A stretch of 64,000 nucleotides of DNA from Alphaproteobacteria bacterium (GCA_005884765.1 VAZV01000129.1:17687-81686), one strand, 5' to 3'; shown: positions 54,202 to 64,000, numbered from the stretch's first letter. The notes: generated from the sequence alone by a model not told the origin. Made by a program: numbers and translations.

Positions 54202-54879
54202 ATGAGCTCTCTACATCTGAAAGCGTTCGGTGGACTGGCGATCCTGTTCCTGGTCATGGCCTCGTTGCTGTTTGCAACAGCAGGGACGTTTGATTACCGG
54301 CAGGCCTGGGCTTTCCTTGCTGTCTATTTCGCGGCGTCGCTCGCCATCACCCTTTACCTCGTGAAAGAAGACCGCGCGCTGTTGACGCGACGGATGAGGG
54401 GCGGCCCGTTTGCAGAGAAGGAGCCGGCGCAGAGGATTATCATGTGCATTGCCTCGCTCGGATTTATCGGCCTCATCGTGGTGCCAGGTTTCGATCACCG
54501 GTTCGGATGGTCACAGATGCCTGCTGATGTCGTCATCGCCGGCGATGTGCTGGTTGCGCTTGGTTGGCTCGGCATCTTCTTTGTCTTCAAGGAAAACAGC
54601 TTTTCTTCCGCAACCATCGAGTTGGCCGTGGACCACAGGGTCATATCGACGGGCCCTTACGCTTTGGTACGACACCCGATGTATGCAACCTCGCTCGTGA
54701 TGTTGCTGGGCATACCGATTGCGCTCGGTTCGTGGTGGGGTGTGCTGATCCTTGCCGCGATCATGCCCGCGCTAATATGGCGGCTGTTGGATGAGGAGAG
54801 ATTCCTCGTCAGGAATCTGCCGGGCTATGCCGCGTATCAGGGCAGGGTGCGCTATCGCCTGCTGCCACTGATCTGGTGA
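54202..54879 (+). CDS. Isoprenylcysteine carboxyl methyltransferase (ICMT)/phospholipid methyltransferase family membrane protein
   Basis: Polytopic, with the motif VISTGPYALVRHPMYATSLVMLLG. Confidence 0.8.
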   Translation: MSSLHLKAFGGLAILFLVMASLLFATAGTFDYRQAWAFLAVYFAASLAITLYLVKEDRALLTRRMRGGPFAEKEPAQRIIMCIASLGFIGLIVVPGFDHRFGWSQMPADVVIAGDVLVALGWLGIFFVFKENSFSSATIELAVDHRVISTGPYALVRHPMYATSLVMLLGIPIALGSWWGVLILAAIMPALIWRLLDEERFLVRNLPGYAAYQGRVRYRLLPLIW

Positions 54880-55003
54880 CAGCGCTGTTCGGACCAGTCG
54901 ACATCGGCCTCCTGTCGCGGCAAAGGAAATGCCGCCCACGACGCCTCGAAGTCGAGGCTAGCGAGCGGCAATCCGTGTCACGAGCGGCCGGCGACGATGT
55001 CCT

Positions 55004-55294
55004 TTATTGCTGCACCTTCGCGCGATGCCCGCGGTTGTTCGAATGCGCGGCGTTCGGCGCATAAGCATAGGCACTGCGGGCCGTGGGGAGGAACGGATCC
55101 CGATAGCAATCGCCGCCCCGGCCGGAGGACATATCCTGGCATTGGGCGAGGGTATCAAAGCTGCAGGACACGACGGCGGAAGTCACGTCCTTGCGGCAAT
55201 ACTCGCCCGCCGACGCCGGCGTCGCCATTGCGACAAAGGCCAGCGCGCTTAGCATGGTGATCGGCGCGGCGCTCAATTTCAAAAGCTGTCTCAT
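55004..55294 (-). CDS. DUF3551 family small secreted protein
   Basis: Signal peptide plus YC....CSFDTLAQCQDMSSGRGGDCYRDPF, the Cys pattern typical of DUF3551. Confidence 0.75.
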   Translation of the reverse strand: MRQLLKLSAAPITMLSALAFVAMATPASAGEYCRKDVTSAVVSCSFDTLAQCQDMSSGRGGDCYRDPFLPTARSAYAYAPNAAHSNNRGHRAKVQQ

Positions 55295-55759
55295 GTTGGT
55301 CTCTCTGTGTTTTGTTGTTGGCCGTAGCCAGGAGACGCAAATGGGATGCTGTGGAACTGCACGCTATTGCCGCCGAAAAAAAGCAACGGAATCGCACGGT
55401 CTGCTCGACCGGCGGACGAAATCCACCACGCACAGCCCTCTTTGCAGTACGATCGTCATGCAAATGAAGCGATTGCGGTCGAGACTGATATAAATTCATG
55501 AATGCATGGCTGATACGCGCGGGCGCTGATCTCAGATCGCTCGTCTTGCCCGCAGCGCTCCTGATCATAGCTCCGAGGGATTGCGCAAAAAACAGGGAGA
55601 GACGAAGCCCCGTCAGAATCAAGATCAGCAGTAAACGCCAGAAGTGCCGGCGTGAAACGATTTATCGGCGAGATAAATACATCTGAGACAAATCAATGAT
55701 AACATCCTCTTCGAGTTCAGTGCGGCGAGGACCGCAGGCGAACCGCGCAGGAGGAGGCC

Positions 55760-56524
55760 ATGGATTTCATCAGCATTGTTCTCATACTGGTGACCTTATA
55801 TGTCATCGCTTCGCTTCGGGTGCTGAAGCAGTATGAGCGTGGCGTCGTGTTTTTCCTCGGTAAGTTTGCAGGTGTGCGCGGTCCGGGCCTTACGCTGATC
55901 TTCGTTCCGCTGCAGCAGATGACGCGGGTGTCGCTACGCACCGTCACCATGCAGATCCCCTCGCAGAAGATCATCACCAAGGATAACGTATCGATCGATA
56001 TCGCGGCCGTCGCTTACTATCACATCACCGATCCGGAAAGGGCGGTGATCGCCATCGAGAACGTCTATAACGCGATCAATCAGATCAGCCAAACCACGGT
56101 GCGCAATGTGGTGGGCCGCTTCAGCCTCGATCAGCTACTGTCGGATACCGCCAGTATCAACGACCAGATCAAGAACGTCATCGATCAGCACACCGAGCCG
56201 TGGGGCACACAGGTCACCGCGGTCGAGATCAAGGACATCACGCTGCCTGATAACATGCAGCGCGCGATGGCGAAGGAAGCCGAAGCCGAGCGCGAGCGCC
56301 GCGCCAAGATCGTCGCCGCCGAGGGCGAATACCAGGCCGCGGTCAAGCTCGGCGAGGCCGCCGACATCATCACGCAACATCCGGTAGCATTGCAGCTCCG
56401 CACGCTGCAAACCATGGCCGAGATCTCGGTTGAGAAGAACTCCACGATCATCTTCCCTGCACAGTTCATGTCAACGGTGCAAGACGCGATCGCGCAGATA
56501 TCAAAGGATGCGACGCCGAAATAA
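55760..56524 (+). CDS. SPFH/band-7 (stomatin-like) protein
   Basis: SD GAGGAGG. An N-terminal TM segment is followed by [15 protein letters not shown]... and a coiled [12 protein letters not shown] region. Confidence 0.9.
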   Translation: MDFISIVLILVTLYVIASLRVLKQYERGVVFFLGKFAGVRGPGLTLIFVPLQQMTRVSLRTVTMQIPSQKIITKDNVSIDIAAVAYYHITDPERAVIAIENVYNAINQISQTTVRNVVGRFSLDQLLSDTASINDQIKNVIDQHTEPWGTQVTAVEIKDITLPDNMQRAMAKEAEAERERRAKIVAAEGEYQAAVKLGEAADIITQHPVALQLRTLQTMAEISVEKNSTIIFPAQFMSTVQDAIAQISKDATPK

Positions 56525-56618
56525 AAAAGATAGTCAAACCTTGCGTGGAGGACCCCGCTATTGTTTTGCGGGGGCCTCTGCCTGGCGATGCTTCCAGATA
56601 TTCACCCGAAAGCTGCTC

Positions 56619-56909
56619 TCAATATTTGCCGCCGCTGCGGGTTTCGGTACCCGGGCTCGTATTTTGCTGGCCGGAACGATTGCGCGACATTCCGGTCGTG
56701 GTGCCGGACTTTATCTTGCTCGTCTTCATCTTGTGGGATGTCATGCTGGTCTTCATTTTATGGGATTTCATTCGGGTGCTGGTAGCGCCAGGTCCGACAT
56801 TGCCTTCGCTCGATGCGCCGGGGGCCGGTTGTGTCTGCGCCGGCGCAACCGACGTCATTCCCACCAGCGAGGCGACCGCGAGGGCCGAGAGTGCAAGCTT
56901 GGATAGCAT
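56619..56909 (-). CDS. Small secreted Ser/Thr/Lys-rich protein with SHKMKTS repeats
   Basis: Signal peptide MLSKLALSALAVASLVGMTSVAPAQ, and SD AGGAG. Confidence 0.55.
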   Translation of the reverse strand: MLSKLALSALAVASLVGMTSVAPAQTQPAPGASSEGNVGPGATSTRMKSHKMKTSMTSHKMKTSKIKSGTTTGMSRNRSGQQNTSPGTETRSGGKY

Positions 56910-57133
56910 GGGAAAGCTCCTGCTTCGAATGTGGGTGATGCAGGAACTAGAACCTACAACGCAGGCGTGGGTTCCAAGCGTGCTGCCGGAAAGGCTCGCT
57001 CGCGTCGCCGTCGCATGCCATGGACTGTGGCAAGAGCTCGCGACCGGCCGCCCGGACCGTCTGTCCGACGTTTTTCGGACCGGACCGTCCGCAAACGTGC
57101 TAATGCTCGCACCGATATCGGAGGATAGCGACC

Positions 57134-57487
57134 ATGATCGAACCGAAACTGGAAGTCCCGGCCGAATTGCGTGAGCTCGCCGAAAAGACCATCGATCAGG
57201 CGGAAAAGGCGTTCGGAATGTTCTTTGACGCCGCGAGCAAATCGATGGCGTCCGTCCCGGGTGCGGGCAGCGAAATCTCCAAGCAGGCGCTGTCCTTTAC
57301 CGAACAGAATATGAAGGCAGCTTTCGAGCACGCGCGAAAGCTGGTTCACGCCACCGACCTGCAGGAGGCGATGCGCATTCAATCGGAATTCTTGCGCAGC
57401 CAATTCACCAACGCGGGCGATCATATGAGGCAGATCACCGGCGGCGTCATGTCTGCCGCCAAGGACGCGACCAAAGGCAAATTCTAG
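57134..57487 (+). CDS. Phasin (PHA granule-associated protein)
   Basis: 117 aa. ELRELAEKTIDQAEKAFGMFFDAA...EAMRIQSEFLRSQF is typical of phasin_2 family proteins. Confidence 0.85.
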   Translation: MIEPKLEVPAELRELAEKTIDQAEKAFGMFFDAASKSMASVPGAGSEISKQALSFTEQNMKAAFEHARKLVHATDLQEAMRIQSEFLRSQFTNAGDHMRQITGGVMSAAKDATKGKF

Positions 57488-57630
57488 CCTGGACGCAGGT
57501 TCCGGGGGCCAGGCCGAACATGCTCACAAAATAATCTTGCATCGCACAGCGCCTGGGATTTCAATTGAGGGCGCAGGTCCATGACGGGCCACCGGGAAAT
57601 CGCGCTCGCCGTCCGTCATCCTTTCTGCTG

Positions 57631-57667
57631 ATCCCTGTCGGTTCAGGCCGGCAGGGATTTGCATTTT
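57631..57667 (+). terminator. Possible terminator hairpin downstream of the phasin gene
   Basis: TCCCTGTCGG / CCGGCAGGGA (one G-T pair) followed by the T-rich TTTGCATTTT. It lies 140 nt after the stop, so the assignment is uncertain. Confidence 0.35.
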
Positions 57668-57682
57668 GGAAGATCTGGAGTT

Positions 57683-58513
57683 TCAGTAGTCGCCGGGGTT
57701 GGCGATCATCGGCCGTGTGGTCTGCGCCGGCGCAAGTTCGCTGGTTGCACTGTCACCTAGGAATTGGTCGAGCGTCGCCTGGATTTTCTCTTTCACAGAA
57801 TCAGGGCCGCGATCGCTCAGCTGGGTATGCTGCGCGCCGGTATTGATGATATCGATACCTCCCGACTTGGCTTGCTCCGGGGTCGGCAGCACGCCGGGAT
57901 CGGTTCTGAAGTTCGGGTCCTTCGAGCGAAACGAAAGGATCTTCAAGTTGTCATTGAGGACGAATGGGACGCGCAGATTGTCCAGCGTGATGACCTTTGA
58001 CACCAGTTCGGGATGTTGTTTGGCGCAATACATCGCAACGTCACCGCCATTGGAATGACCGACCAGTGTCAGGTGATCGTAATCCGCATTGGGCTGCAAT
58101 TTTTGCAATTCGCCGACGACGAACAGGATATTGGCTTCGCCGCGTTGGTAAACGCCGATGCGGCCAACATAGGGCATCCCAACCTTGGTCATCAGCGGCG
58201 GATCGCTCGGCAGGTCCTGCTGGATGCTGGCAACCAGATAGCCGCGCGCCGCGAGCACGTTGGCGAGAAAGGAATATTCGGTGTTCCTGACAGTATTGCC
58301 GTTGCTGATGATGGCGATCGGAAGTTTCCAGAAGCCATTGTTCGCCTTCATCTCGTAATCGCGACGTACCGCGAGATCGACCGAGACCGGCCGGTGCCGC
58401 GTCGCGTCAAAGAGGTTCAGCGTTTGGTGCCGGATGGCCCATTTGCTGATGGCAAAATATTCGCCGCCCGCGAGCACGCAAAGGCAGGCAAACATCGCTA
58501 TTGCCCTCTTCAC
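57683..58513 (-). CDS. Alpha/beta hydrolase (lipase/esterase-like) with an N-terminal anchor
   Basis: GTG start preceded by the strong SD AAGGAGGA. Nucleophile elbow LVGHSNGG. N-terminus VKRAIAMFACLCVLAGG. Confidence 0.78.
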   Translation of the reverse strand: MKRAIAMFACLCVLAGGEYFAISKWAIRHQTLNLFDATRHRPVSVDLAVRRDYEMKANNGFWKLPIAIISNGNTVRNTEYSFLANVLAARGYLVASIQQDLPSDPPLMTKVGMPYVGRIGVYQRGEANILFVVGELQKLQPNADYDHLTLVGHSNGGDVAMYCAKQHPELVSKVITLDNLRVPFVLNDNLKILSFRSKDPNFRTDPGVLPTPEQAKSGGIDIINTGAQHTQLSDRGPDSVKEKIQATLDQFLGDSATSELAPAQTTRPMIANPGDY

Positions 58514-58670
58514 CGCTTCCTCCTTCTCACCTCTAGTTGAACAGATGGTGATTGGCCGTGACAGGTCGAGCCCGCCTACTGCGGGAACTAAATTAACTTT
58601 AGGCAAGTTTGGTTCCCTCGCGATGACATGCGGCACAGAAAAGTACCTGCACAGCCGGCTGGAACCCGAT

Positions 58671-60479
58671 CTAGAGACAATGCCCGCGCGCGATCTCCGG
58701 GCACAGCTTGAGGGCGTTCGACAAGGAGAACAGCAGGCGCGCGCTGCGCCGTTCATTGTCCGGCGCTCGGTAGCTCAACGGGAACGCCACGCCGATATCG
58801 GCCCGCAAGTCATCCCCCAGGAAGAAGCGCACGCCGGCGCCCGCCGAAGTCAGTGAAAGACCCTCGTTGATGCCGTAGCCGTCATTCCAGGCCGCGCCGG
58901 CGTCGAAGAAGCCATAGATCTGATAGCCGCTCAGATATCGAAAGTTCAACTTCTGATCGAAACGCAGTTCGAACGAGCCGGCAATGCCGTTGTCGCCACT
59001 GATCTCGGCGCTGCCATAGCCTCGCCCAAAATTCGCACCTCCGAGATAGAACTGTTGCGAAGTGAACAACGGGCCGGAAGCGACCTGGCCGGCCCCCGCC
59101 AGCTTTACCGACCAGACGTCGGATAGTGCCTGATAGCGCGTGAACCAGAGGTCGAGAACGGAGAAATTGGCCGACGCACCGTCGTGCGACACCAGATCCT
59201 CGCCAACGCGCGAGGCGCCGAAAATGTCGAGACCCTGACGGTACGCCAGCGTCACGTAGTTGTTGCCGCCGATATTGTCCTGCAATCGGTAATCCGAGGT
59301 CAGGCCCAGGGTGCGGATGTGATCGTTGTAGATCGGGCCGAACATGTCGCGTTCCGAGACGTCGCTGAAGTCGGCGGCCGCAGTGAGCGTCAACGAAGAT
59401 CGCTGCGATTGCAGCGCGGCAATGCTGGCGCGGACCTCGAAGGCTTCGGTCCTTGTGGTGTCGTTGTAAAGCCGCCTGTCGTCGCCGGGCCGGACGTCGC
59501 TATAGAGCGCAGACGTACCGATCCGCAACCCGTCGGTGCCGACCGGGACATCATAGGACAATCGGCCGAAAGCAAGCTCCCTGGGATCGTTGGCCGTGGT
59601 CGAGAGGTTGAGCGCCAGCGTGTCGCCGGGCAGCAGATAGGAATTGAATGCGGCGGTCGCATAGGTCTGCCAAGGGCCAACCGATGACGAACCTAGATTG
59701 TCGATCCCCAACGAAGTGAAGATGTGCCAGGTCTTCACGTAGACGACGAGGCGGAAGCGGCCGGTCGGGCCGCCAATCTCCTCGATCGCCGTGTCGACGA
59801 TGCGAACTCCCGGCCGGCCGTTGACGAGGAGCAGTTGTCGCTCCAGTGTGGCCAGTCGCGAGGGGCATTCGGCGAGCAGCGGGCTCAGCATCGGCCGGAT
59901 CCCGAACTGCTCCGCGCCGTCGCCTCGCAGCGCTACTTCGGTGACGCTGCCTTCGATCACCTGGATACGAACCCGCCCATCTCTGATGTCCTGCGGGGGA
60001 ACGATCGCCCGGCTCAGGTGAAAACCGGCCGCCCGATAGAGATCGCTGATCGCACCCGCAATCGCCGCGAGGTCGGCCTGAGAGACTTTCTTTCCGAGAT
60101 AAGGTTGATAGGTCCCTATCAACTCCGCCCGTGGTATCGCCCCGCCGCCAGTCAGGACAACGTCGCGTAGTTCGAAGGACGGTCTGGTATCGGCTCCGAC
60201 TGCCGGCCGCGCAAGCCGCGGCAAATTTGGGCCGGGCCGGGTTGGCTGCGTCTGACCGGATTCCAATGCGTCAAAGCGCCGTTCGGTCTGTCTCGGATCA
60301 AAGCCTGGCTGGTTCGCCTGCTGTGCATTTGATGGCGGCAAGCCGAACGATACCAGGGCCAGGCTTGTCATAACGAGGCTAGCGGTACGGCGATGCCGCT
60401 TTGCCACCGCCGGCAGCGTTCCCTGCCCGTAGTTCAACGGAGCGCGCCCCGCGAACCCCGAGGGTATGGTTAGCCTCAT
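58671..60479 (-). CDS. ShlB/FhaC/HecB-family two-partner-secretion transporter (TpsB)
   Basis: 602 aa. ShlB-type POTRA region (FELRDVVLTGG..YLGKKVSQADLAAIAGAISDLYRAAGFHLSRAIVPPQDIRDGRVRIQVIEG), then a 16-strand-like barrel with YLGG.NFGRGY and a terminal aromatic region. Confidence 0.88.
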   Translation of the reverse strand: MRLTIPSGFAGRAPLNYGQGTLPAVAKRHRRTASLVMTSLALVSFGLPPSNAQQANQPGFDPRQTERRFDALESGQTQPTRPGPNLPRLARPAVGADTRPSFELRDVVLTGGGAIPRAELIGTYQPYLGKKVSQADLAAIAGAISDLYRAAGFHLSRAIVPPQDIRDGRVRIQVIEGSVTEVALRGDGAEQFGIRPMLSPLLAECPSRLATLERQLLLVNGRPGVRIVDTAIEEIGGPTGRFRLVVYVKTWHIFTSLGIDNLGSSSVGPWQTYATAAFNSYLLPGDTLALNLSTTANDPRELAFGRLSYDVPVGTDGLRIGTSALYSDVRPGDDRRLYNDTTRTEAFEVRASIAALQSQRSSLTLTAAADFSDVSERDMFGPIYNDHIRTLGLTSDYRLQDNIGGNNYVTLAYRQGLDIFGASRVGEDLVSHDGASANFSVLDLWFTRYQALSDVWSVKLAGAGQVASGPLFTSQQFYLGGANFGRGYGSAEISGDNGIAGSFELRFDQKLNFRYLSGYQIYGFFDAGAAWNDGYGINEGLSLTSAGAGVRFFLGDDLRADIGVAFPLSYRAPDNERRSARLLFSLSNALKLCPEIARGHCL

Positions 60480-60613
60480 GATTTTTCATAGTATTTTTAT
60501 GCTTAATGAAACGTTAATGCGGTCGCCGAACTTGGCGCTGTGCGATAATTCTATCTTGAAACATTTCCAGTAAGCCTCGGAGCCAGGCAATAAAACTGGC
60601 GGAGGCGCACCCC

Positions 60614-61729
60614 GTGTATCAGGCTGGCATGTTGCGGTGCATCTTAGCGATGGCACTGGTTCTGGGAGCAGCCTCGAGCGCACGCGCCGCCGAGAACGGG
60701 ACGTGGTCGGTTAGCAAATCCTCCGGCGAAGTGTGGGTCACCACGACGGGCGCCGAGCCGGTTTCCTTCAACCACGAAGAGATATTGAAGCCCGGCGACA
60801 CTATCCGCACTGGGCGCACTGGGCGCGTTTTGCTGGTACGCGGTGAGGAAACGATCCTGATCTCGCCGAATTCAGTGATCGGTTTGCCGGTGGAGAAGAA
60901 AGAAGGGCTGTCGACGACGATCGTTCAACAGGCCGGTTCGATCCTTCTTGAGGTCGAGAAGCGCAACGTCAAGCATTTCGAAGTCGAGACGCCTTATCTT
61001 GCCGCTGTCGTCAAGGGCACGCAGTTCAGCGTAACCGTCAAGGCTGCCAGTACCAGCGTCGACGTGCGCCGGGGGCAGGTCGAAGTTTCGGATTTCAAGT
61101 CGGGCCAGATCGCGCAAGTCATGCCCGGTCAGGCCGCGACCGCCTTCGCGCATGGCAAACCCGGTCTTGTTCTGAGCGGCTCGGGCACGTTCAATCCGAT
61201 CGAACAAGGCAAACCGCGCCCGTCCTCGATCGATCGCATCCCTGTGCCCAAGTCCGGCCTCTTCGCTCCCCGCAACGCCGCCAATGAGAAATTCATCCAC
61301 GCACTCGGCCATATCGGCGCGATCAGGATGGGCGCTGCGCCGCCCAAGCCGCAGCAAGCTTCCGGTGATACGTCCGGCGGGCCGAAGGGATCGCGCATCT
61401 CGACCGCGCTCGGCGAAGTCCGTCTGAATTTTCAGAAGGTCACGCACGGCCTCGCCCACCAGGTCGTCGCGCCCAGCTCGGCGAAGAATGCATCGGGTAA
61501 CGACACTGTATGGAGCGACGCCAAAGCAAGCGCAGGCGGCGCGAATGGTAATTCCGCCGCGAGCGCTAGCTCCGACGCGGCAAGTAGCAGTGGCGCGACC
61601 ACATCGTCAGGCATCGCATCGACCGTCGCTTCCGTCATCGCTCCGGCAAACCAATCCGGAAATGGCAACGGCGCAAACGGCAACGGCGGGGTCGGCAACG
61701 GCAACGGCAGAGGAAATGCCAAACATTAG
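60614..61729 (+). CDS. FecR-domain secreted protein with a low-complexity Ala/Ser/Gly/Asn tail
   Basis: GTG 8 nt after SD GGAGG. Signal peptide ..LAMALVLGAASSARA. FecR core LKPGDTIRTGRTGRVLLVRGEETILISPNSVIGL. The tail ends GNGNGANGNGGVGNGNGRGNAKH. Confidence 0.85.
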   Translation: MYQAGMLRCILAMALVLGAASSARAAENGTWSVSKSSGEVWVTTTGAEPVSFNHEEILKPGDTIRTGRTGRVLLVRGEETILISPNSVIGLPVEKKEGLSTTIVQQAGSILLEVEKRNVKHFEVETPYLAAVVKGTQFSVTVKAASTSVDVRRGQVEVSDFKSGQIAQVMPGQAATAFAHGKPGLVLSGSGTFNPIEQGKPRPSSIDRIPVPKSGLFAPRNAANEKFIHALGHIGAIRMGAAPPKPQQASGDTSGGPKGSRISTALGEVRLNFQKVTHGLAHQVVAPSSAKNASGNDTVWSDAKASAGGANGNSAASASSDAASSSGATTSSGIASTVASVIAPANQSGNGNGANGNGGVGNGNGRGNAKH

Positions 61730-61795
61730 CCGCTAATCGAGCGACGCGCGAAAGGGGGCGCACTTCGGCAGTACGAGGTGCGCAGGGGGACAAAC

Positions 61796-64000
61796 TTGAA
61801 GCAATACCGGCCACATATTCTTGTCGTGCTTGCACTGGCGGCGGTGGTGCTGTCCGGTTGGCACGGCGCAATCCGCAACGCTCTGACCGACCTGCGTTTC
61901 GCCTGGCAGACGCGCAACGCGAGTGGCGAGATCGTCATTGTTGCGATCGATGCCACATCGATCGAAATGATCGGAGTCTGGCCGTGGCCGCGATGGCTGC
62001 ACGCCGAGCTCATCAGGCGGCTAGAAAGCGCCGGCGTACGCGACATTGCATTCGACATCGATTTCAGCACGCCGTCCGAAGCATCGTCGGATCTGGATTT
62101 TGTCGATGCGCTTGCCGACGGCGGCGGATCGGTCGTCTTGTCGTCGTTCAAGCAACCCGGCAGCAATGCCACAGTCCACATTAATCGTCCGCTGAAACAA
62201 TTCGCCGATCATTCGTGGTCGGCAATCGTAAACGTCGCGGTCGAACCAGATGGGCTTGTCCGACATTATGCCTTTGGGGAAAGCCTCGCAGGGCAGCTTG
62301 TTCCCTCGATGGCCGCTGTGCTGGCGGGCCGATACGCGGAGCGCGGCATCCCCTTCCTGATCGATTTCGGTATCAGCGCCACATCGATTCCGAAAGTGTC
62401 CTATATCGACGTGCTGCGCGGCAAGGAGGACACGCTCGCAAATCTAAGGGGCAAGAAGATCATCGTTGGCGGTACGGCCCTGGAATTGGGCGATCGCTTC
62501 AGCATCCCAAACGGCCGGATCGTTTCGGGCCCGATACTTCAAGCCCTGGCGGCGGAATCCATCCTGCAGAACCGCACCCTGCACGCGACCTCCGACGCCG
62601 CCACATTGTTGGGGCTATGCGCCATTTCGCTGGTGATGTTGATCACCTGGCGCCGCCTCAGCGCAAGCCGGCGAGTTCTGCTGCTTGCCGCAATGGCCGT
62701 CTGCGTCGAAACCGCTGCGATCCTGCTGCAGACAGAAATGCCGCTCGTGCTCGACACCTCGCTGTTCCACACCGCGATTGCAGTCTACCTCGCCGCCATC
62801 GCGCTTGACGAAATCGATTTCAAGGATCTGCTGAGCCGCGTCGCCGAAAGCCGCTTTCAACGCATCGCGATGTCGCTGGGCGACGGCCTGATATGCACTG
62901 ACTCAAATTATCTGATCACAGTATGGAATCCCGGTGCGACCTCGATTTTCGGCTATCAGCGTGCGGAAATGATGGGTCGTCCGTTCGACACGATCTGCGC
63001 TGACGGCGGCGAAGGCATTTCTCCTTTTTCAATCCGCGATGCGGTGCGCGCGGATTCGCTGATGCCCGGTGGTAGGGTCACGGAATTCGAAGCACGCCGG
63101 AAGAACGGCGAAGCCTTTACGGTCGAGGCGTGCTTCTCCGGCTGGCAAGGCACCGACGAGGTGCAATACGGCGCGGTGCTGCGTGACATCTCGGTACGAA
63201 AACGCGAAGCCGAACGCATTCGGTATCTTGCGGAACACGACGTGCTTACTGGGCTTGCGAACCGAACGACGCTTCATGCCCGGCTCGAAGCGATGATCAA
63301 GGTAGCGGGCGAGCGATCAGGGGCGGCAGCGCTGCTCGTGCTCGGCCTCGACGGCTTCCAGCACCTCAACGACATGCTGGGCCATGCCTTTGGCGACCTT
63401 GTGCTGCGCGCTGTCGCGGAGCGGCTAAGCTCCGAAACAGGAGGCGAGGGCATCGTTGCCCGCCTTGGCGGCGACGAGTTTGCCATCGCCATTCCGCGCG
63501 GCGCCCACACCGAGGCGGTCAGGCAATTCTGCGAGCGGATTGCGGCTGCGTTCGATAACCCGCTGCCGGCGGGAACGCGGCTGCACCGCGTCAGCGTCAC
63601 TATTGGTGTGGCCGTTCATCCGGAGGGGGGGCGAACGGCGGATGAGCTGCTCGGCAACGGCCATCTGGCCCTCTGTCGTGCCAAGGCGGCTCGGCGCGGC
63701 GGCTATATCATATTCGAGAACTCCATTCGGCAGGAGCTTGAAGCGCGCCTGAAGCTGGAAGCCGAGTTGGCGCTTGCGATCGAACGGGAAGAGTTCGAGC
63801 TGTTCTATCAGCCGCAGGTCCGCCTGTTGGACGGCGGTCTGATCGGCGCGGAAGCGCTGATCCGATGGCGTCATCCGGAACGCGGTCTCGTTTCGCCTGC
63901 GGAGTTCATGCCGGTGGTGAATACTGCTTCGATTTCGGAGCGGATCGCGGATTGGGTGCTGGAAACCGCCTGCAGGCAGGCCAGGGCCTGGGAAATTGCC
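61796..64000 (+). CDS. CHASE2 - TM - PAS - GGDEF - EAL c-di-GMP turnover protein (3' end outside the window)
   Basis: This frame is open from TTG 61796 (or GTG 61778) to the window end and is absent from the ORF track. I translated it by eye: IVIVAIDATSIEMIGVWPWPR (CHASE2), DVLTGLANR and RLGGDEFAI (GGDEF), then GAEALIRW (EAL). Confidence 0.88.
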   Translation, partial: MKQYRPHILVVLALAAVVLSGWHGAIRNALTDLRFAWQTRNASGEIVIVAIDATSIEMIGVWPWPRWLHAELIRRLESAGVRDIAFDIDFSTPSEASSDLDFVDALADGGGSVVLSSFKQPGSNATVHINRPLKQFADHSWSAIVNVAVEPDGLVRHYAFGESLAGQLVPSMAAVLAGRYAERGIPFLIDFGISATSIPKVSYIDVLRGKEDTLANLRGKKIIVGGTALELGDRFSIPNGRIVSGPILQALAAESILQNRTLHATSDAATLLGLCAISLVMLITWRRLSASRRVLLLAAMAVCVETAAILLQTEMPLVLDTSLFHTAIAVYLAAIALDEIDFKDLLSRVAESRFQRIAMSLGDGLICTDSNYLITVWNPGATSIFGYQRAEMMGRPFDTICADGGEGISPFSIRDAVRADSLMPGGRVTEFEARRKNGEAFTVEACFSGWQGTDEVQYGAVLRDISVRKREAERIRYLAEHDVLTGLANRTTLHARLEAMIKVAGERSGAAALLVLGLDGFQHLNDMLGHAFGDLVLRAVAERLSSETGGEGIVARLGGDEFAIAIPRGAHTEAVRQFCERIAAAFDNPLPAGTRLHRVSVTIGVAVHPEGGRTADELLGNGHLALCRAKAARRGGYIIFENSIRQELEARLKLEAELALAIEREEFELFYQPQVRLLDGGLIGAEALIRWRHPERGLVSPAEFMPVVNTASISERIADWVLETACRQARAWEIA

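Noticed and set aside
55760-56524. SPFH/stomatin gene lacking the usual adjacent NfeD partner
   Set aside because: The absence of nfeD in the flanks is real, but SPFH genes without NfeD are common, so I did not consider it noteworthy.
58514-58670. Possibility that the alpha/beta hydrolase ORF extends to 58756 and overlaps the TpsB gene end
   Set aside because: A GTG at 58513 with a strong AAGGAGGA SD gives a sensible N-terminal anchor. The upstream extension is Arg/Cys/Ser-rich and overlaps the TpsB coding end.

Overview
High-GC alphaproteobacterial chromosome. The nested-palindrome REP element, a DUF3551 protein and the protein repertoire suggest Bradyrhizobiaceae (Bradyrhizobium, Rhodopseudomonas or Afipia-like). 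Coding density is high. I saw no rRNA, tRNA, CRISPR array, transposase or integrase. The first ~24 kb is a purine/ureide catabolic supercluster. It holds puuE, a DUF3830 gene, a fused OHCU-decarboxylase/HIU-hydrolase, uricase and a non-canonical xanthine-dehydrogenase-family enzyme. It also holds 8-oxoguanine deaminase, two BMP-type ABC importers flanking a porin, a CDA-fold deaminase, an embedded cysteine hydrolase and an M20 allantoate-type amidohydrolase. Next come dctA with a clear sigma54 promoter, an orphan MASE1-PAS hybrid kinase, a TetR-EamA pair, a gene remnant with repeat elements, and formamidase amiF with a tandemly duplicated leader. After these are sugE, a cytochrome c/2Fe-2S/Moco dehydrogenase, qor, an MFS transporter and a large Gly-rich secreted protein with two LTXXQ modules. 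Further on is a CI/LexA-like repressor switch with repeated palindromic operators beside a GcrA-like gene, then an out-of-context BamA paralogue, envelope proteins and a phasin. At the 3' end, an orphan TpsB (ShlB/FhaC-type) transporter is divergently paired with a FecR-domain secreted protein and a CHASE2-PAS-GGDEF-EAL enzyme that runs off the window. I rank this last module as the best candidate for an undescribed system. Second is the 7-gene import/hydrolase operon at 16.8-22.7 kb. All calls rest on reading the ORF translations and DNA by eye. No searches or statistics were run. Start codons were refined manually from SD spacing, overlaps and signal peptides.
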